Shown: positions 9,733 to 20,521, numbered from the stretch's first letter. The stretch: 64,000 bases of DNA from Candidatus Saccharicenans sp. (GCA_024653215.1 JANLFU010000010.1:19625-83624); one strand, 5' to 3'. The notes: generated by a model not told the origin, from the letters alone. Numbers and translations: made by a program.

Positions 9733-11862
9733 CTAAACCTTCTTGTTTATGGTTTTAAGAATTCTTTCCCTGCTTAACTCCGAACCGGTCTTCTGCTGCG
9801 AGGAAGAGCTGATGACCCGTCCGTAGCAATCAAGGGCCTGAATGGTGTAGAGGTAAGTTTTATCTGCTTCCAGGTACTTGTCGATGTAGACAACCTGCCC
9901 TGCCGAAAAATCAGAATCCCTGAAGGTCTGCACAATATGGGGATTGGCCCCGCTGCCCGCTTCCTGCCGGGTGAGCTGGTAGCTATCGACGTTGAAGGGA
10001 GCCGCCTTGCTGACCTGAATGGTAATCCGGGAATAGGCCCGTCTCAAGATCCAGGCCCTCTCCACCTTGCGTTCCACCTGGATATTGATGTTTATTTCAG
10101 GAATAAAACCGGTCCCGCCCAGGCTGAGCAGGGCCTGGGGTGTGGAGGGGTCGTTAGAATTAATGGCGAAAGTGGCAGTCAGGGGACCGGTGTTGTATGC
10201 TCCAAGCCTGAAGCCGACTTCCCGGCTGCTTCCGGCATTAACCGTAAAGGGAAAGGCGGTGGCCAGGCAGGAAAAATCCGTAGCCCCGGAGAGCCGGCTG
10301 ATGCTGTTGATAATCAAGGGCCCGGCCCCGTCGTTGTAAATCGTCAGGGTCAGGTCGGAATTGGTGCAGACATTGACCTGGCCGAAGCTGAGGGTCGAGG
10401 ACGACAGGCGCAGTTCAGGGTTGGCCCCGGCATACATCCTGAAACTTATGGGGGTACCTGACCCTGTGATTTCGGTCATACCCATTCCGGTAGGGCTGCC
10501 GTCATACCGCACAGTTGCCGGGTAGGTGGAAGGACCCAGCTCCGAGCCCGGCCGGTAAAAATCAGCCGAATCGCAACCCCTGATACCAAGCTCGATCTCG
10601 TCCAGGCCGTCGGCCTGGACCAGCATCAGCAATTTATGTTCGGTGTAGGAATTGTCATAGAGGAAGTTGGTGCCGTAGGAATTAAGCCTGGCATCCACGT
10701 GCCAGACGGCCAGGCCAACGTTCCCGCCGTTGACGCTGACCAGCCTGGAGTCGTTCCTGGTGGCATACCTGTTCTGAACCAGGTAATATTCATTAAAAAT
10801 ATCCCCGCTGACCGCTCCCGGAAAGAAAATCAGGGCCTCTGGATAATCACCCGTGGCTCTCAGGCTATAAACCTGGCTGCCGGCGCTGAAGACAGACGGA
10901 GTCAGCCAGTCCAGGATGAACTTGGAAAAGGCATTGTGGTCAAAGTTGTTGGAGTCCATCATGTCAAAGCCGCCCACGCCTCCCTTGGGGCCAACCGAAC
11001 CGTCATAATCGTAATAATCAGGCAGGCCCAGGGCATGTCCCGTTTCGTGAATCGCTACCAGAGGAGTAAACTGGCCGGCAGGATAATTGTAAAGCTCCCA
11101 CTGCCAGGAGTATCTCCTGAGCCTCTTTCCGTCAAGCAGATAACTGGTATCACTGAAAGTCGTCTGGTAACCCCACCAGAAAGTAGCCCAATCGCCATGG
11201 GTCCCGGTCCAGAAAACCAGGAAATAATCAACGTACCCGTCGTTGTCGTTATCGTACTGGGAAAAATCGTGACCCTGGGCGTCGTAATAATTCAGAACCT
11301 CTTTGATGAGAGACTGTCGCCCCTGGGTGGTTTCTGCTACGGCAGAGCGGTTATAAGCGGTGGTATACCAGCCGAGGACATTACCCTGTATGTCCAGTTG
11401 GCTGTAAGAGGCCCGAGAGTAATAGGCTCTCATGGTTTCGTAGGGATAACTGGGGTCGTACATATCTTCCGACCCGAAAAGCTTCTGGGCAATGAAATCA
11501 GCACTGGTCATAGGAGCATAATCCTGGAAGGCAATCAGGATGGCCAGGACCTTAACCTGGCCCTTGGTGGGCATTCCCCGCCAGCTGGGGGGCGGGGCCA
11601 GTAGTCTATCAATCTCCTGCGGACTTAAGCCCCGGGCTTCCAGGGCCAGGCGCTTAACCCGGTAATTCAATTGGGCCACAACGTCCGGGTCCATCCGGTG
11701 ATTTCCGATTTCCCTGGCCGCGGCCACGCGGGCGGCATAGGTGCCATCCTGCTTGTATTTCTGAATCTGCTCCCTGGTGGGCGGTTCCAGGGCCCGGAGC
11801 CCTGCTGTTACCAAGAGAATAATGATTAACAATAAAAAAAAGACCCTGTTACGCGTCAGCAC
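9733..11862 (-). CDS. Secreted M6 (immune inhibitor A-like) metalloprotease with Ig-like (choice-of-anchor D/ASH-like) and C-terminal FN3-like domains
   Basis: Signal peptide, DFSQYDNDNDGYVD, HETGHALGLPDYY and FDMMD. Ig-like segment LSFGQV..LTIYNDG..INSNDP. RBS ggagga before GTG. Confidence 0.9.
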   Translation of the reverse strand: MLTRNRVFFLLLIIILLVTAGLRALEPPTREQIQKYKQDGTYAARVAAAREIGNHRMDPDVVAQLNYRVKRLALEARGLSPQEIDRLLAPPPSWRGMPTKGQVKVLAILIAFQDYAPMTSADFIAQKLFGSEDMYDPSYPYETMRAYYSRASYSQLDIQGNVLGWYTTAYNRSAVAETTQGRQSLIKEVLNYYDAQGHDFSQYDNDNDGYVDYFLVFWTGTHGDWATFWWGYQTTFSDTSYLLDGKRLRRYSWQWELYNYPAGQFTPLVAIHETGHALGLPDYYDYDGSVGPKGGVGGFDMMDSNNFDHNAFSKFILDWLTPSVFSAGSQVYSLRATGDYPEALIFFPGAVSGDIFNEYYLVQNRYATRNDSRLVSVNGGNVGLAVWHVDARLNSYGTNFLYDNSYTEHKLLMLVQADGLDEIELGIRGCDSADFYRPGSELGPSTYPATVRYDGSPTGMGMTEITGSGTPISFRMYAGANPELRLSSSTLSFGQVNVCTNSDLTLTIYNDGAGPLIINSISRLSGATDFSCLATAFPFTVNAGSSREVGFRLGAYNTGPLTATFAINSNDPSTPQALLSLGGTGFIPEININIQVERKVERAWILRRAYSRITIQVSKAAPFNVDSYQLTRQEAGSGANPHIVQTFRDSDFSAGQVVYIDKYLEADKTYLYTIQALDCYGRVISSSSQQKTGSELSRERILKTINKKV

Positions 11863-12216
11863 AGGCTTCCTCCCCTCTTCACTCTTTCAGAACCTCAATT
11901 CTATTATCCTGATTGAGTCCTGGCTGTCAACCGAAAATTGGCAGCGGCAGAACCGGGCCCGGGCAACCAGCCAAAAACTCAGTTAGAGCATCCGGTTGGA
12001 AGCCGGCAATATATTAAATTGGCTTTTTAAGCTTGAGCTCAGGGACTGTCTCTTCTTAAACCAATTTTCCTTTTACCCGGTCGGTCCCCTGGCAGCCACG
12101 GGTCTATTCGCCAACGGAACGTTGTTATAAATTTTCTTTGTTTATCATCATCCTATTTGCTTATAATATCCCTGATTAATCGGGCTGGCGAAAAAGCCGG
12201 AGATGAGGAGTTAGAC

Positions 12217-13761
12217 ATGCAACTTCACTGGTTGGACCTCTCAGTCTTCATCCTCTTTTTCATCGTGGTGGTTTCGGTCAGCATGTACAAGAGCCGCAAG
12301 GAGCGGACCGGGACGGATTTCTTCCTGGCCGGGCGGGGGCTGGTCTGGCCGCTGATCGGTTTCTCGCTGATCGCGGCCAACATTTCCACCGAGCATTTTG
12401 TCGGCATGTCCGGCCAGGCCGCGGGCGTGGCCGGCATGGCCGTGGCCAGCTACGAGTGGATGGCCGCCATCACCCTGGTTTTCGTGGCCCTGTTTTTCCT
12501 GCCGAAATTCCTGCGCAGCGGTATTTATACCATTCCTGAATTCCTGGAGTACCGCTACAACCCGGCGGCCCGCGGCATCATGGCTTTCTACATGATTCTG
12601 ATGTACACCCTGGTCAGCATCGCGGCCGTGGTTTACACCGGGGCCCTGGCCCTGCACACCATATTCGACTTCGACCTGGTAAAAGCCGTCTGGCTGATCG
12701 GCATCATTGCCGCCGTTTACACCACCTGGGGCGGACTCAAGGCCGTGGCCTGGGCCGACCTCTTCCAGGGCTCAGCCCTGATCCTCGGCGGCCTGGTGAC
12801 CATGGTCCTGGGCTTCAGGGCCGTGGGCGGGATCGGGGCCTTCGTGGCCGCCAACCAGGATAAGCTCCACATGATCATGCCGGCTGACCACCCGGTCATT
12901 CCCTGGACCACCCTGGTCGTCGGGCTATGGATCCCAAATTTCTACTACTGGGGATTAAACCAGTTCATAACCCAGAGAACCCTGGCCGCCAAGAGCCTGA
13001 AGCAGGGTCAGCTGGGAATCATGTTCGCCGCTTTTCTAAAATTGCTGATACCTTTCATCATTGTCATGCCGGGCATAATCTCCTACCAGCTCTACAAAGA
13101 CCAGCTGCTGGCCCCCGGCCATACCACCGACCAGGCCTACCCGCTGCTCATCCGCAACCTGGTTGGTCCCGGAATGAGAGGCTTTATCCTGGCCGCCATT
13201 GCCGGGGCCGTGATCAGCACCCTCGGTTCACTCCTGAACTCGGTCTCCACCATCCTGACCATGGACATCTACAAACGCCACCTGAAGAAGGAAGCCAACC
13301 AGGAAACCCTGATCAAGATCGGGCGGGTGGCCACCATCGTTTTCGTGCTGCTGGTCTGCTTGCTGGCACCAAAGCTGGGAGACCCCAGGTTCAAGGGCAT
13401 CTTCAATTACATCCAGGAATTTCAGGGCTTTGTCTCGCCGGGCGTGCTGGCTGCCTTTGTTTTTGGCCTGTTCATAAAGCGGACACCGCCGGCGGCCGGG
13501 GTGACCGCCCTGGTGCTTTCCGTCCCGGTGTACGGCTTCCTGAAATGGCAGTTTGGCGACATAGCCTTCTTGAACCGCATCGCCATCAACTTTATAGTCC
13601 TGGTCCTGGCCATGGCCATAATTACCCTGGTCAGGCCGCTCAAGCAGCCAAAAGAACTTCCGGTCCAGGAAAATTTCGACATGCGTTCCACCCCGGTTCT
13701 CAAGTACCTGTGCGCCGCCATCGTTATCCTGACTGTCGCCCTTTATATAATTTTCTGGTAA
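12217..13761 (+). CDS. Sodium:solute (sugar) symporter, SSS/SLC5 family
   Basis: DFFLAGR, AANISTEHFVGMSG, YTIPEFLEYRY, GGLKAV and NQFITQR motifs; about 13 TM. RBS gaggag before ATG 12217. Confidence 0.93.
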   Translation: MQLHWLDLSVFILFFIVVVSVSMYKSRKERTGTDFFLAGRGLVWPLIGFSLIAANISTEHFVGMSGQAAGVAGMAVASYEWMAAITLVFVALFFLPKFLRSGIYTIPEFLEYRYNPAARGIMAFYMILMYTLVSIAAVVYTGALALHTIFDFDLVKAVWLIGIIAAVYTTWGGLKAVAWADLFQGSALILGGLVTMVLGFRAVGGIGAFVAANQDKLHMIMPADHPVIPWTTLVVGLWIPNFYYWGLNQFITQRTLAAKSLKQGQLGIMFAAFLKLLIPFIIVMPGIISYQLYKDQLLAPGHTTDQAYPLLIRNLVGPGMRGFILAAIAGAVISTLGSLLNSVSTILTMDIYKRHLKKEANQETLIKIGRVATIVFVLLVCLLAPKLGDPRFKGIFNYIQEFQGFVSPGVLAAFVFGLFIKRTPPAAGVTALVLSVPVYGFLKWQFGDIAFLNRIAINFIVLVLAMAIITLVRPLKQPKELPVQENFDMRSTPVLKYLCAAIVILTVALYIIFW

Positions 13762-13788
13762 TCCCGAAAAAGCGAGGAATGTTATAAG

Positions 13789-15396
13789 ATGCCAGCGGGC
13801 CGAACTTCGAGATTGCCCCCGGCCAAAAATATCCTGCCTGTCCTGCTCCTGGCCGCGGTCATCGCTCTATCCAGCCTGGTCGTTTCCAGAGGCCAACCGA
13901 CTGAAATTCCTTTCAGAAATGTCCAGATAATTGAACCCGGCGACTCGCCCGATATCATAATCCAGAAAGCGGCCAGGGTTGTCCCGGCCAGGCGACAGAT
14001 AAAGTGGCAGGAAAAGGAAATGGCCGCCTTTGTCCATTTCGGGCTTAACACCTTCACCGGCAAGGAACACAGCGACGGGACCGATAGCCCCTCTCTTTTT
14101 CAACCATCGAGCTTCAACTCAAGACAGTGGGCCCGGGTATTCAAGGAGGCCGGCTTCCGGATGATAATCCTGACTGCCAAGCATCATGACGGTTTCTGCC
14201 TCTGGCCAACCCGGACCACCGATTACTCGGTTAAATCAAGCCCCTGGCGGAAGGGACGGGGCGACGTGGTCAAGGAAGTGGCCATGGCCTGCCGGGAAGA
14301 AGGCCTGGATTTCGGCCTTTACCTCTCTCCCTGGGACCGGCACGAAAAGAGTTATGGCAGCCCGCAGTACAACGAGTTTTTCCGTCACCAGTTGAGAGAA
14401 TTGCTCACCAATTATGGCCCGGTGGCCGAAGTCTGGTTCGACGGGTATTGCGGAGAAGGACCGAACGGCCGGAAGCAGGATTATGACTGGATCTCATACT
14501 ACCAGTTGATAAGAAAACTACAGCCGGAAGCCGTCATCGCCATAATGGGCCCGGATGTTCGCTGGGTTGGCAACGAAAGCGGCCTGGCCAGGGAGAGCGA
14601 GTGGAGCGTTCTGCCCCTTAACATTTCTGAAGCTTCCCTGAACCTGTTAAAGGCCGGGCGCACACCGCTGGAAAGAATATTCCAGCCGGCCAATGTCATG
14701 GGAGAAGACCTCGGGAGCCGGGCGGTGATCGGCGGAGCCCGGGCGCTGTTCTGGTACCCGGCCGAGGTCGACGTCTCCATCAGGCCAGGCTGGTTTTACC
14801 ACCAGGACCAGGACCGGCAGGTTAAATCGCCCCGGGAGCTTTTTGAAATATATCTTAAATCAGTTGGAAGAAACTCTGTCCTGCTGCTTAATGTTCCGCC
14901 GGACAGGAGAGGCCTGGTCAACGAAAACGACATGAGGGCTCTGCTGGGCTGGCGGCAGTTGCTGGACCAGACCTTCAGGGAAGGTTACATCAGAAAAATC
15001 GCGGCCAGAGCCTCCGGCCAGTCGCCCGGGACAGAGGCCAGCTACCTGCTCAGGAAAAATCCGGATGGAGTCTGGAGCCCTTCACCCGGCCAGTTACCGG
15101 CCTGGCTGGAGTTCACGCTGGAAAGAATGGGCCGCTTCGACTGCCTGGAAATAAGGGAAGACATCGCCCGGGGTCAGAGAATCGAAGCCTTCTCCGTCGA
15201 AGCCTGGCTGGGGGGAAAATGGACTGAAATTGCCAGGGGAACGACGGTGGGTTATAAGAGGCTGGTAACCTTTTCCCCCGTTTCGACTGACCGGGTGAGG
15301 CTGGTAATAAGACAATCCCGGGATGTCCCCCGGGTGAAGAGTTTCAACCTTTACAGGCTGGCCCGCCAGGCTGCGCGGCCGGCCAGCATTGGTTGA
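13789..15396 (+). CDS. Secreted alpha-L-fucosidase, GH29, with C-terminal F5/8-type (CBM32-like) domain
   Basis: FVHFG, KHHDGF, YLSPWDRH, WFDG (nucleophile), RWVGNESG, SIRPGWFY and LLLNVPP. Confidence 0.93.
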   Translation: MPAGRTSRLPPAKNILPVLLLAAVIALSSLVVSRGQPTEIPFRNVQIIEPGDSPDIIIQKAARVVPARRQIKWQEKEMAAFVHFGLNTFTGKEHSDGTDSPSLFQPSSFNSRQWARVFKEAGFRMIILTAKHHDGFCLWPTRTTDYSVKSSPWRKGRGDVVKEVAMACREEGLDFGLYLSPWDRHEKSYGSPQYNEFFRHQLRELLTNYGPVAEVWFDGYCGEGPNGRKQDYDWISYYQLIRKLQPEAVIAIMGPDVRWVGNESGLARESEWSVLPLNISEASLNLLKAGRTPLERIFQPANVMGEDLGSRAVIGGARALFWYPAEVDVSIRPGWFYHQDQDRQVKSPRELFEIYLKSVGRNSVLLLNVPPDRRGLVNENDMRALLGWRQLLDQTFREGYIRKIAARASGQSPGTEASYLLRKNPDGVWSPSPGQLPAWLEFTLERMGRFDCLEIREDIARGQRIEAFSVEAWLGGKWTEIARGTTVGYKRLVTFSPVSTDRVRLVIRQSRDVPRVKSFNLYRLARQAARPASIG

Positions 15397-15589
15397 ATGG
15401 CATTCACTCGGTTCTGACTCTTATGGCCCAGTCAACTCGGTCAGGAGCTGGCCCGGGCACGCTTAACCAAGTCCTGTTCGCGAAATGCCTGTTTTTATCC
15501 CTCCCTTCACCGATAGCAGTCAGAATTCTCCACCTGATTGACAGCGCCCGTGAACTGATTTAATTATTTAATACGGGGAGGGAAAGGCG

Positions 15590-16312
15590 ATGAAAAAGGC
15601 AGCGGTCTTCCTGGTGCTGATCCTTTTTTACTGGAGCTGTCTGCCAACGGAGAAGGCAGGTTCGGAAGCGTCCTTCGAACGGCATCTCAACGCCGGCCTT
15701 GCTCACATGCGCAACAGGGACTATGCCCTGGCCAGGCAGGAATTTTCCCGGGCCTTAAACCTCAACCCGAAATCGACGCGGGTTCACAACCTCCTGGGCC
15801 TGACCTACTTTCACGAGCAGAATTACGATATGGCCGAAATGTACTTCCAGCGGGCCGTAAGACTTGACCCGCAATTCAGCCTGGGTTATCTCAACCTCGG
15901 CGGTGTCTATGCCATGAAACAACTCTATCCCCGGGCCAGGGAATACTACGAAAAGACCATCAGCCTGGCCCCTGGCCTGGTCGCCGCCTACTACAGCCTG
16001 GGCGCGGTCTGTTTCCAGCTGGGTGATGAGGAAGCTGCCCTCAATTATCTTTCCAAGGGCTTTGAGCTTGAGCCAGATTTCCTGGAAAAACACCCGGACA
16101 GCCTGGTCGGTTTGCCCATGAAAGGAGCCTCCCTGGCCGAGCTTTATTTTTCCTTCGCCCGCCTGTATGCCGGCCGCCAGGACCTGGACAGGACGGTAGA
16201 TTACCTGAAGCGGGCCAGGCAGGCCGGCTTCAGGGACTGGAAGCGGATAGAGCAGGAACCGGAATTTGAAAAAATCAGGGACAATCCGGTCATCAGGGAA
16301 TTTCTGAAGTAA
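15590..16312 (+). CDS. TPR-repeat lipoprotein
   Basis: Lipobox-like YWSC followed by several TPRs (HNLLGLTY, YLNLGGVY, YYSLGAV). Confidence 0.85.
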   Translation: MKKAAVFLVLILFYWSCLPTEKAGSEASFERHLNAGLAHMRNRDYALARQEFSRALNLNPKSTRVHNLLGLTYFHEQNYDMAEMYFQRAVRLDPQFSLGYLNLGGVYAMKQLYPRAREYYEKTISLAPGLVAAYYSLGAVCFQLGDEEAALNYLSKGFELEPDFLEKHPDSLVGLPMKGASLAELYFSFARLYAGRQDLDRTVDYLKRARQAGFRDWKRIEQEPEFEKIRDNPVIREFLK

Positions 16313-16388
16313 GACCTGCAACCTTTTATCCCGGACCTGGTTTTTCATGAAGGAGAGTACTTACATTTCCCGGGGCAGGCAGGATTTC

Positions 16389-16417
16389 TTGACAGTCACC
16401 GCCCCTTGGTTTAGCAT
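16389..16417 (+). promoter_or_regulatory. Sigma70-type promoter of the GWxTD gene
   Basis: TTGACA-N17-TAGCAT, 57 nt upstream of ATG 16475. Confidence 0.55.
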
Positions 16418-16474
16418 TTAGTTGACTTTCGGGCAAACCAGAGTGAAACGACCTAATTTTAACAGGGAAAAAAA

Positions 16475-18556
16475 ATGATAAAAAGAATCGGATGGGTCCT
16501 TGCTATCCTGATTGTAATTACTGCCGCCGTTTCAGCCGGTCAGAAACAATCGGATATCATCAAAGGCCTGAATCCCAAGTACCAGGACTGGCTGAAGCTG
16601 GTCAATTACATCATCCTGCCCCAGGAAAAAGACGTTTTCCTGAAACTCAATAACGACCGGGAAAGGGACCTGTTCATCGAAACCTTCTGGAAGATGAGGG
16701 ACCCGACTCCGGGTACCCCCGAAAACGAGTACAAGGAAGAAATAATCAAGAGATTTAATTACGTGAACAAGACCTTCAGGCGGGGCTCAACCCGCGAAGG
16801 CTGGCAGACGGACATGGGCAAGATCTACATGATTCTCGGTGCCCCGGAGAGCATAGAGAGGTTTGAGGGTGTTAACGGCATAGTCCCCTGCCAGGCCTGG
16901 ACCTACCACGGCGACCCTGAAAAGGGACTGCCCCCGGTCTTCATATTCATCTTTTTCCAGAGGCATGGCAGCATCGAATACAAGCTCTACGACCCGTTGA
17001 TAGACGGCCCGGCCAGCCTCCTCCAGGATAAGCGCGGCCTGGATGGCCTCACCTATGAAGAACTTTACGAGAAAATCCTGGAAATTGCTCCCACCCTGGC
17101 CAACACCGCCATTTCCCTGATTCCAGGAGAATTTTCTTACGATTATTCTCCTTCTCCCCGCTACAACCTCATCCTGGCCGATATCCTGGATTCACCCAAA
17201 AAAGACGTCAACCCGTCCTATGCCACCCACTTCCTTAATTACAAAGGGGTGGTTTCAACCGAGTACCTGACCAATTTCGTCGATTCCGAATCAATGGCCG
17301 AGGTTATCCTTGACCCGGTCACCGGCCTGAACTTTGTTCATTTTACGGTGGCCCCAAAGAGCGTTTCGGTGGATTATTACGAGCCGAGAAGCCAGTACTA
17401 CGTCCCCTTCCAGATGGATGTCAGCCTCAGGTCCAAGGATAAAATAGTCTTCCAGTACAACCGCAACATGTCCTACTACTTTTCCGAAAACGACCTGCCC
17501 CGAATCCAGGGTAACGGGCTGGCCCTTGAAGATTCTTTCCCGGTGGCCGAAGGTTCATACCAGTTAACGGTCCTGCTGAGGAACCCGGTCTCCAAGGAAT
17601 TCACCATCCTGGAAAAGCAGATTGAAGTGGCTGAAGCCGGGAACCAGCCCCGGCTGGCCAACCCGCTCATCGGCTACCGGACGGAAAAATTCGCCCGGAG
17701 CCAGCATCTGCCTTTCAAGGTGGATGAAACCAAGGTCCTGGTGGACCCGAAGAATACCATCTCCGCCTCCGATGTCCTGGCCGTCAGCATCAGTGTTCTC
17801 AACCTGACCGAAAGCCTGCGCCAGAACGGCAAGATCAGGCTGGACCTCAGGAGTCTGGGCCAGAACAACCAGTTGACCAGGACCATAGAAATAAACCTGA
17901 ACGAAAAGGAATTCAGCCGGGTCAGCAATTACCTGAGAGAGATCCAGGTGCGGGACATGATACCTGACTATTACGAGCTCAACCTCAGCCTGCTGGACGG
18001 AGCCGGAAGCCTGGTTGACCAGAAAAAGGGCACTTTCATCATCTCGCCGGAGAAGACCATTGGTCATCCCATAGTCCAGGCCAAGAGCTTTAACCTGGGT
18101 AACCTCTTCTACTATCATTACATGCTGGCCAGCCAGTACGACAAGCTGGACCAGACGGACAGGGCCGCCTACTATTACGAGCAGGCTTTCCGGCAGAATC
18201 CACAATTCAAAGAGGGTCTAAAAGAATACTGCCAGTTCCTCATCAAGGTCGGCCAGTTTGACCGGGTCATGGAAATGGCCGAAGGACTGAAAGCTGACGA
18301 CAGCCAGGCCTTTGACTATCACCTGTTCCGGGGACTGGCCCTGATGGGCAAACAGGACATGGCCGGAGCACTGGACGAACTGTTGAAAGCCATTACCATC
18401 TATGACAGCGATACCCGGGCCCTGAACGCCCTGGGCCGCGTCTATATCCAGACCGGCCAGAAAGAGAAGGCCAGGCAGCCGCTGGAGGCCTCCCTGCGGC
18501 TGAACCCGGACCAGCCCGAGATCAGGAAGCTGCTATCCGAACTGGACAAGAGGTAA
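16475..18556 (+). CDS. GWxTD domain protein with C-terminal TPRs
   Basis: FWKMRDPTPGTPENEY..R...EGWQTDMGKIY..LGAP, a signal peptide and C-terminal TPRs. Confidence 0.9.
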   Translation: MIKRIGWVLAILIVITAAVSAGQKQSDIIKGLNPKYQDWLKLVNYIILPQEKDVFLKLNNDRERDLFIETFWKMRDPTPGTPENEYKEEIIKRFNYVNKTFRRGSTREGWQTDMGKIYMILGAPESIERFEGVNGIVPCQAWTYHGDPEKGLPPVFIFIFFQRHGSIEYKLYDPLIDGPASLLQDKRGLDGLTYEELYEKILEIAPTLANTAISLIPGEFSYDYSPSPRYNLILADILDSPKKDVNPSYATHFLNYKGVVSTEYLTNFVDSESMAEVILDPVTGLNFVHFTVAPKSVSVDYYEPRSQYYVPFQMDVSLRSKDKIVFQYNRNMSYYFSENDLPRIQGNGLALEDSFPVAEGSYQLTVLLRNPVSKEFTILEKQIEVAEAGNQPRLANPLIGYRTEKFARSQHLPFKVDETKVLVDPKNTISASDVLAVSISVLNLTESLRQNGKIRLDLRSLGQNNQLTRTIEINLNEKEFSRVSNYLREIQVRDMIPDYYELNLSLLDGAGSLVDQKKGTFIISPEKTIGHPIVQAKSFNLGNLFYYHYMLASQYDKLDQTDRAAYYYEQAFRQNPQFKEGLKEYCQFLIKVGQFDRVMEMAEGLKADDSQAFDYHLFRGLALMGKQDMAGALDELLKAITIYDSDTRALNALGRVYIQTGQKEKARQPLEASLRLNPDQPEIRKLLSELDKR

Positions 18557-18875
18557 GGAAACTGAACGTGGCTTGGCCCGGTGCGGTATCAAGAAAGTGC
18601 AACCCTGCCAGAAAAATAATGGGTAAAATCCCATAAAACTGAAGAAGAGGTATTCTTCTATCGGCCAGGACAAGCCGTTAACTAAATCCCCCTGGATTCT
18701 AACTGCTCTGAACGAGATAAACCGGCAACATTTCCGGCCACCGCGGGGGAAGTTAAAGTCCATTACACGGAGTGGGGGGTATCCGGCCGTTTTCCAGCGC
18801 GACTTCGCAATGCCATCCTCTGAATTCCACTGGCTCTTGATAACATGAAACAGAGCCGGTCCCGGCCACCAACTA

Positions 18876-20252
18876 TCAGCGAATGGAAAGAATCCAGCCG
18901 GCCAGGTCATTGATCACTTCTTCCGAGACGTTTCCCGGCCGGTACATGTACTCGTCTGGTGTGATCAACCCCTTGCCTTCCATGAACAGATGGTTGCAGA
19001 AGGGATAGAGCTTAAAGGCAACGTTTTTCTTCCCTTCCAGCGCTTTTTTCCAGGCGTTGAAATCCACCTCGGTCACCTGGTAGTCTCTCTTGCCCTGAAG
19101 AATGAGTAGCGGCTTTTCAATTTTCCTGGCCTCTTCGGTTGGGCGATAATCTCTGAGATCAAGCCAGTAAGAAGGAGCGGCCCCGATCAGGATCTCAGGA
19201 GAGTTCTTATCAGCCTCGGTCAGTGCTTTAATCTTTCCCACTGTCGTTTCCAGTTCCTGGAGCTTTTTCTTGGTTTCTTCCGTGGCCGGCCCCTGCAGGG
19301 CCAGCAGGTACCTGGTCTGCTCCAGGATGGTGTCCTCCATGGGCCTGGTCAGCCCGGCCAGGATGATGAACCCGGCGGCCCCTGTGGCCTTCCGGGCAAT
19401 CCTGGGCACAAGCATTCCTCCCAGGCTGTGCCCCAGGACAAAGACTCTGTCCGGGTCAATCCCTTTAGTTTGACGCAGCAGGTTCACGGCCGAAACCGCA
19501 TCGTCCACGGTTTCCTCGTTGACTGTAAAGGAACTCAAAATCTTTTTATCAGTGCCCAGCTTCTGACCGTAGACTCGGGTCCGCTTTTCGTACCTTAATA
19601 CTGCAATGCCTTTTGAAGCCAGCCCCCAGGCAATATCACGGAAGGGCTTGTTGGGACCGACCGTCTCATCGCGGTCGTTGGGACCCGAGCCATGAACCAG
19701 GACCACTGCCGGAAAGGGGCCGGGCCCAACAGGCCTGGCTAAGGTACCGGGCAGAATCCAGTCACCGGTTCTGACCTGGACTTCCTCCTCCCGGAAAGAA
19801 TCAGGTCGGGCATAGGGCGGGGGTGGGCTTTCCCTGACTTCAAGATGGGGCACAAAGCTGAACCCGGCAATTTCCGCCTGTTTGTTGAAAACCACCCTCA
19901 GGTCCAGGGCCTGCTTTTCGAAAAAGCAGGCCAGGTAGACGAAATCATACGGCCCCTGGGATTCAAACCTTGACCCTTTGATCTCCTTCAGGGCTCCGAG
20001 TTGAGCCTGGAGTCTTTCCCAGATCATCTTGAGCGTGGCCGGGGTGGCCTGGGTTTTCATGGTCTGGTCAAAATGTTCGCCAGCCGTTTCATAGTTCCCC
20101 TGGCGGAGATTTTCGACCAGGGTCCAGGCCCTTGTTTCTAGCTTACTCAGGTCGGGCTTTTCCTGGCCAAAGACCTGGCTGCCGCAGGCCAGCAGGCCAG
20201 CTAAAATGACCATTATAAGGATGTGTTCCCTGTTTGTTGTGATGATTTTCAT
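18876..20252 (-). CDS. Alpha/beta-fold hydrolase with N-terminal DUF3887-like domain (possibly a lipoprotein)
   Basis: VHGSGPNDRD, GHSLG nucleophile elbow, QGKRDYQV and NHLF; LLAC after a hydrophobic leader. Confidence 0.88.
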   Translation of the reverse strand: MKIITTNREHILIMVILAGLLACGSQVFGQEKPDLSKLETRAWTLVENLRQGNYETAGEHFDQTMKTQATPATLKMIWERLQAQLGALKEIKGSRFESQGPYDFVYLACFFEKQALDLRVVFNKQAEIAGFSFVPHLEVRESPPPPYARPDSFREEEVQVRTGDWILPGTLARPVGPGPFPAVVLVHGSGPNDRDETVGPNKPFRDIAWGLASKGIAVLRYEKRTRVYGQKLGTDKKILSSFTVNEETVDDAVSAVNLLRQTKGIDPDRVFVLGHSLGGMLVPRIARKATGAAGFIILAGLTRPMEDTILEQTRYLLALQGPATEETKKKLQELETTVGKIKALTEADKNSPEILIGAAPSYWLDLRDYRPTEEARKIEKPLLILQGKRDYQVTEVDFNAWKKALEGKKNVAFKLYPFCNHLFMEGKGLITPDEYMYRPGNVSEEVINDLAGWILSIR

Positions 20253-20521
20253 GTGGCTACTTAAACTCCCTTTATGTCAGTCAGAGCCCCAGAAAGGGTT
20301 CTATAATCTCTTCTTTATCTGACCTATTTTCTCAGTAAATTGCTTCCTGCCGGGGCCTTAAGCAAAGAGTCCGGCTACTGAGATTTAATGCCAGTACAGA
20401 TCACCTCTATTTTATAAGGCTAAGTGCTCATTTTTTCAAATGAAGAAAATAAAATGGCCCTGGCCTTGATGCCAGAAGTGTTCTCTAAAAAAGGATTTGC
20501 CCCTGGCCTGCCCCTGAAAAT

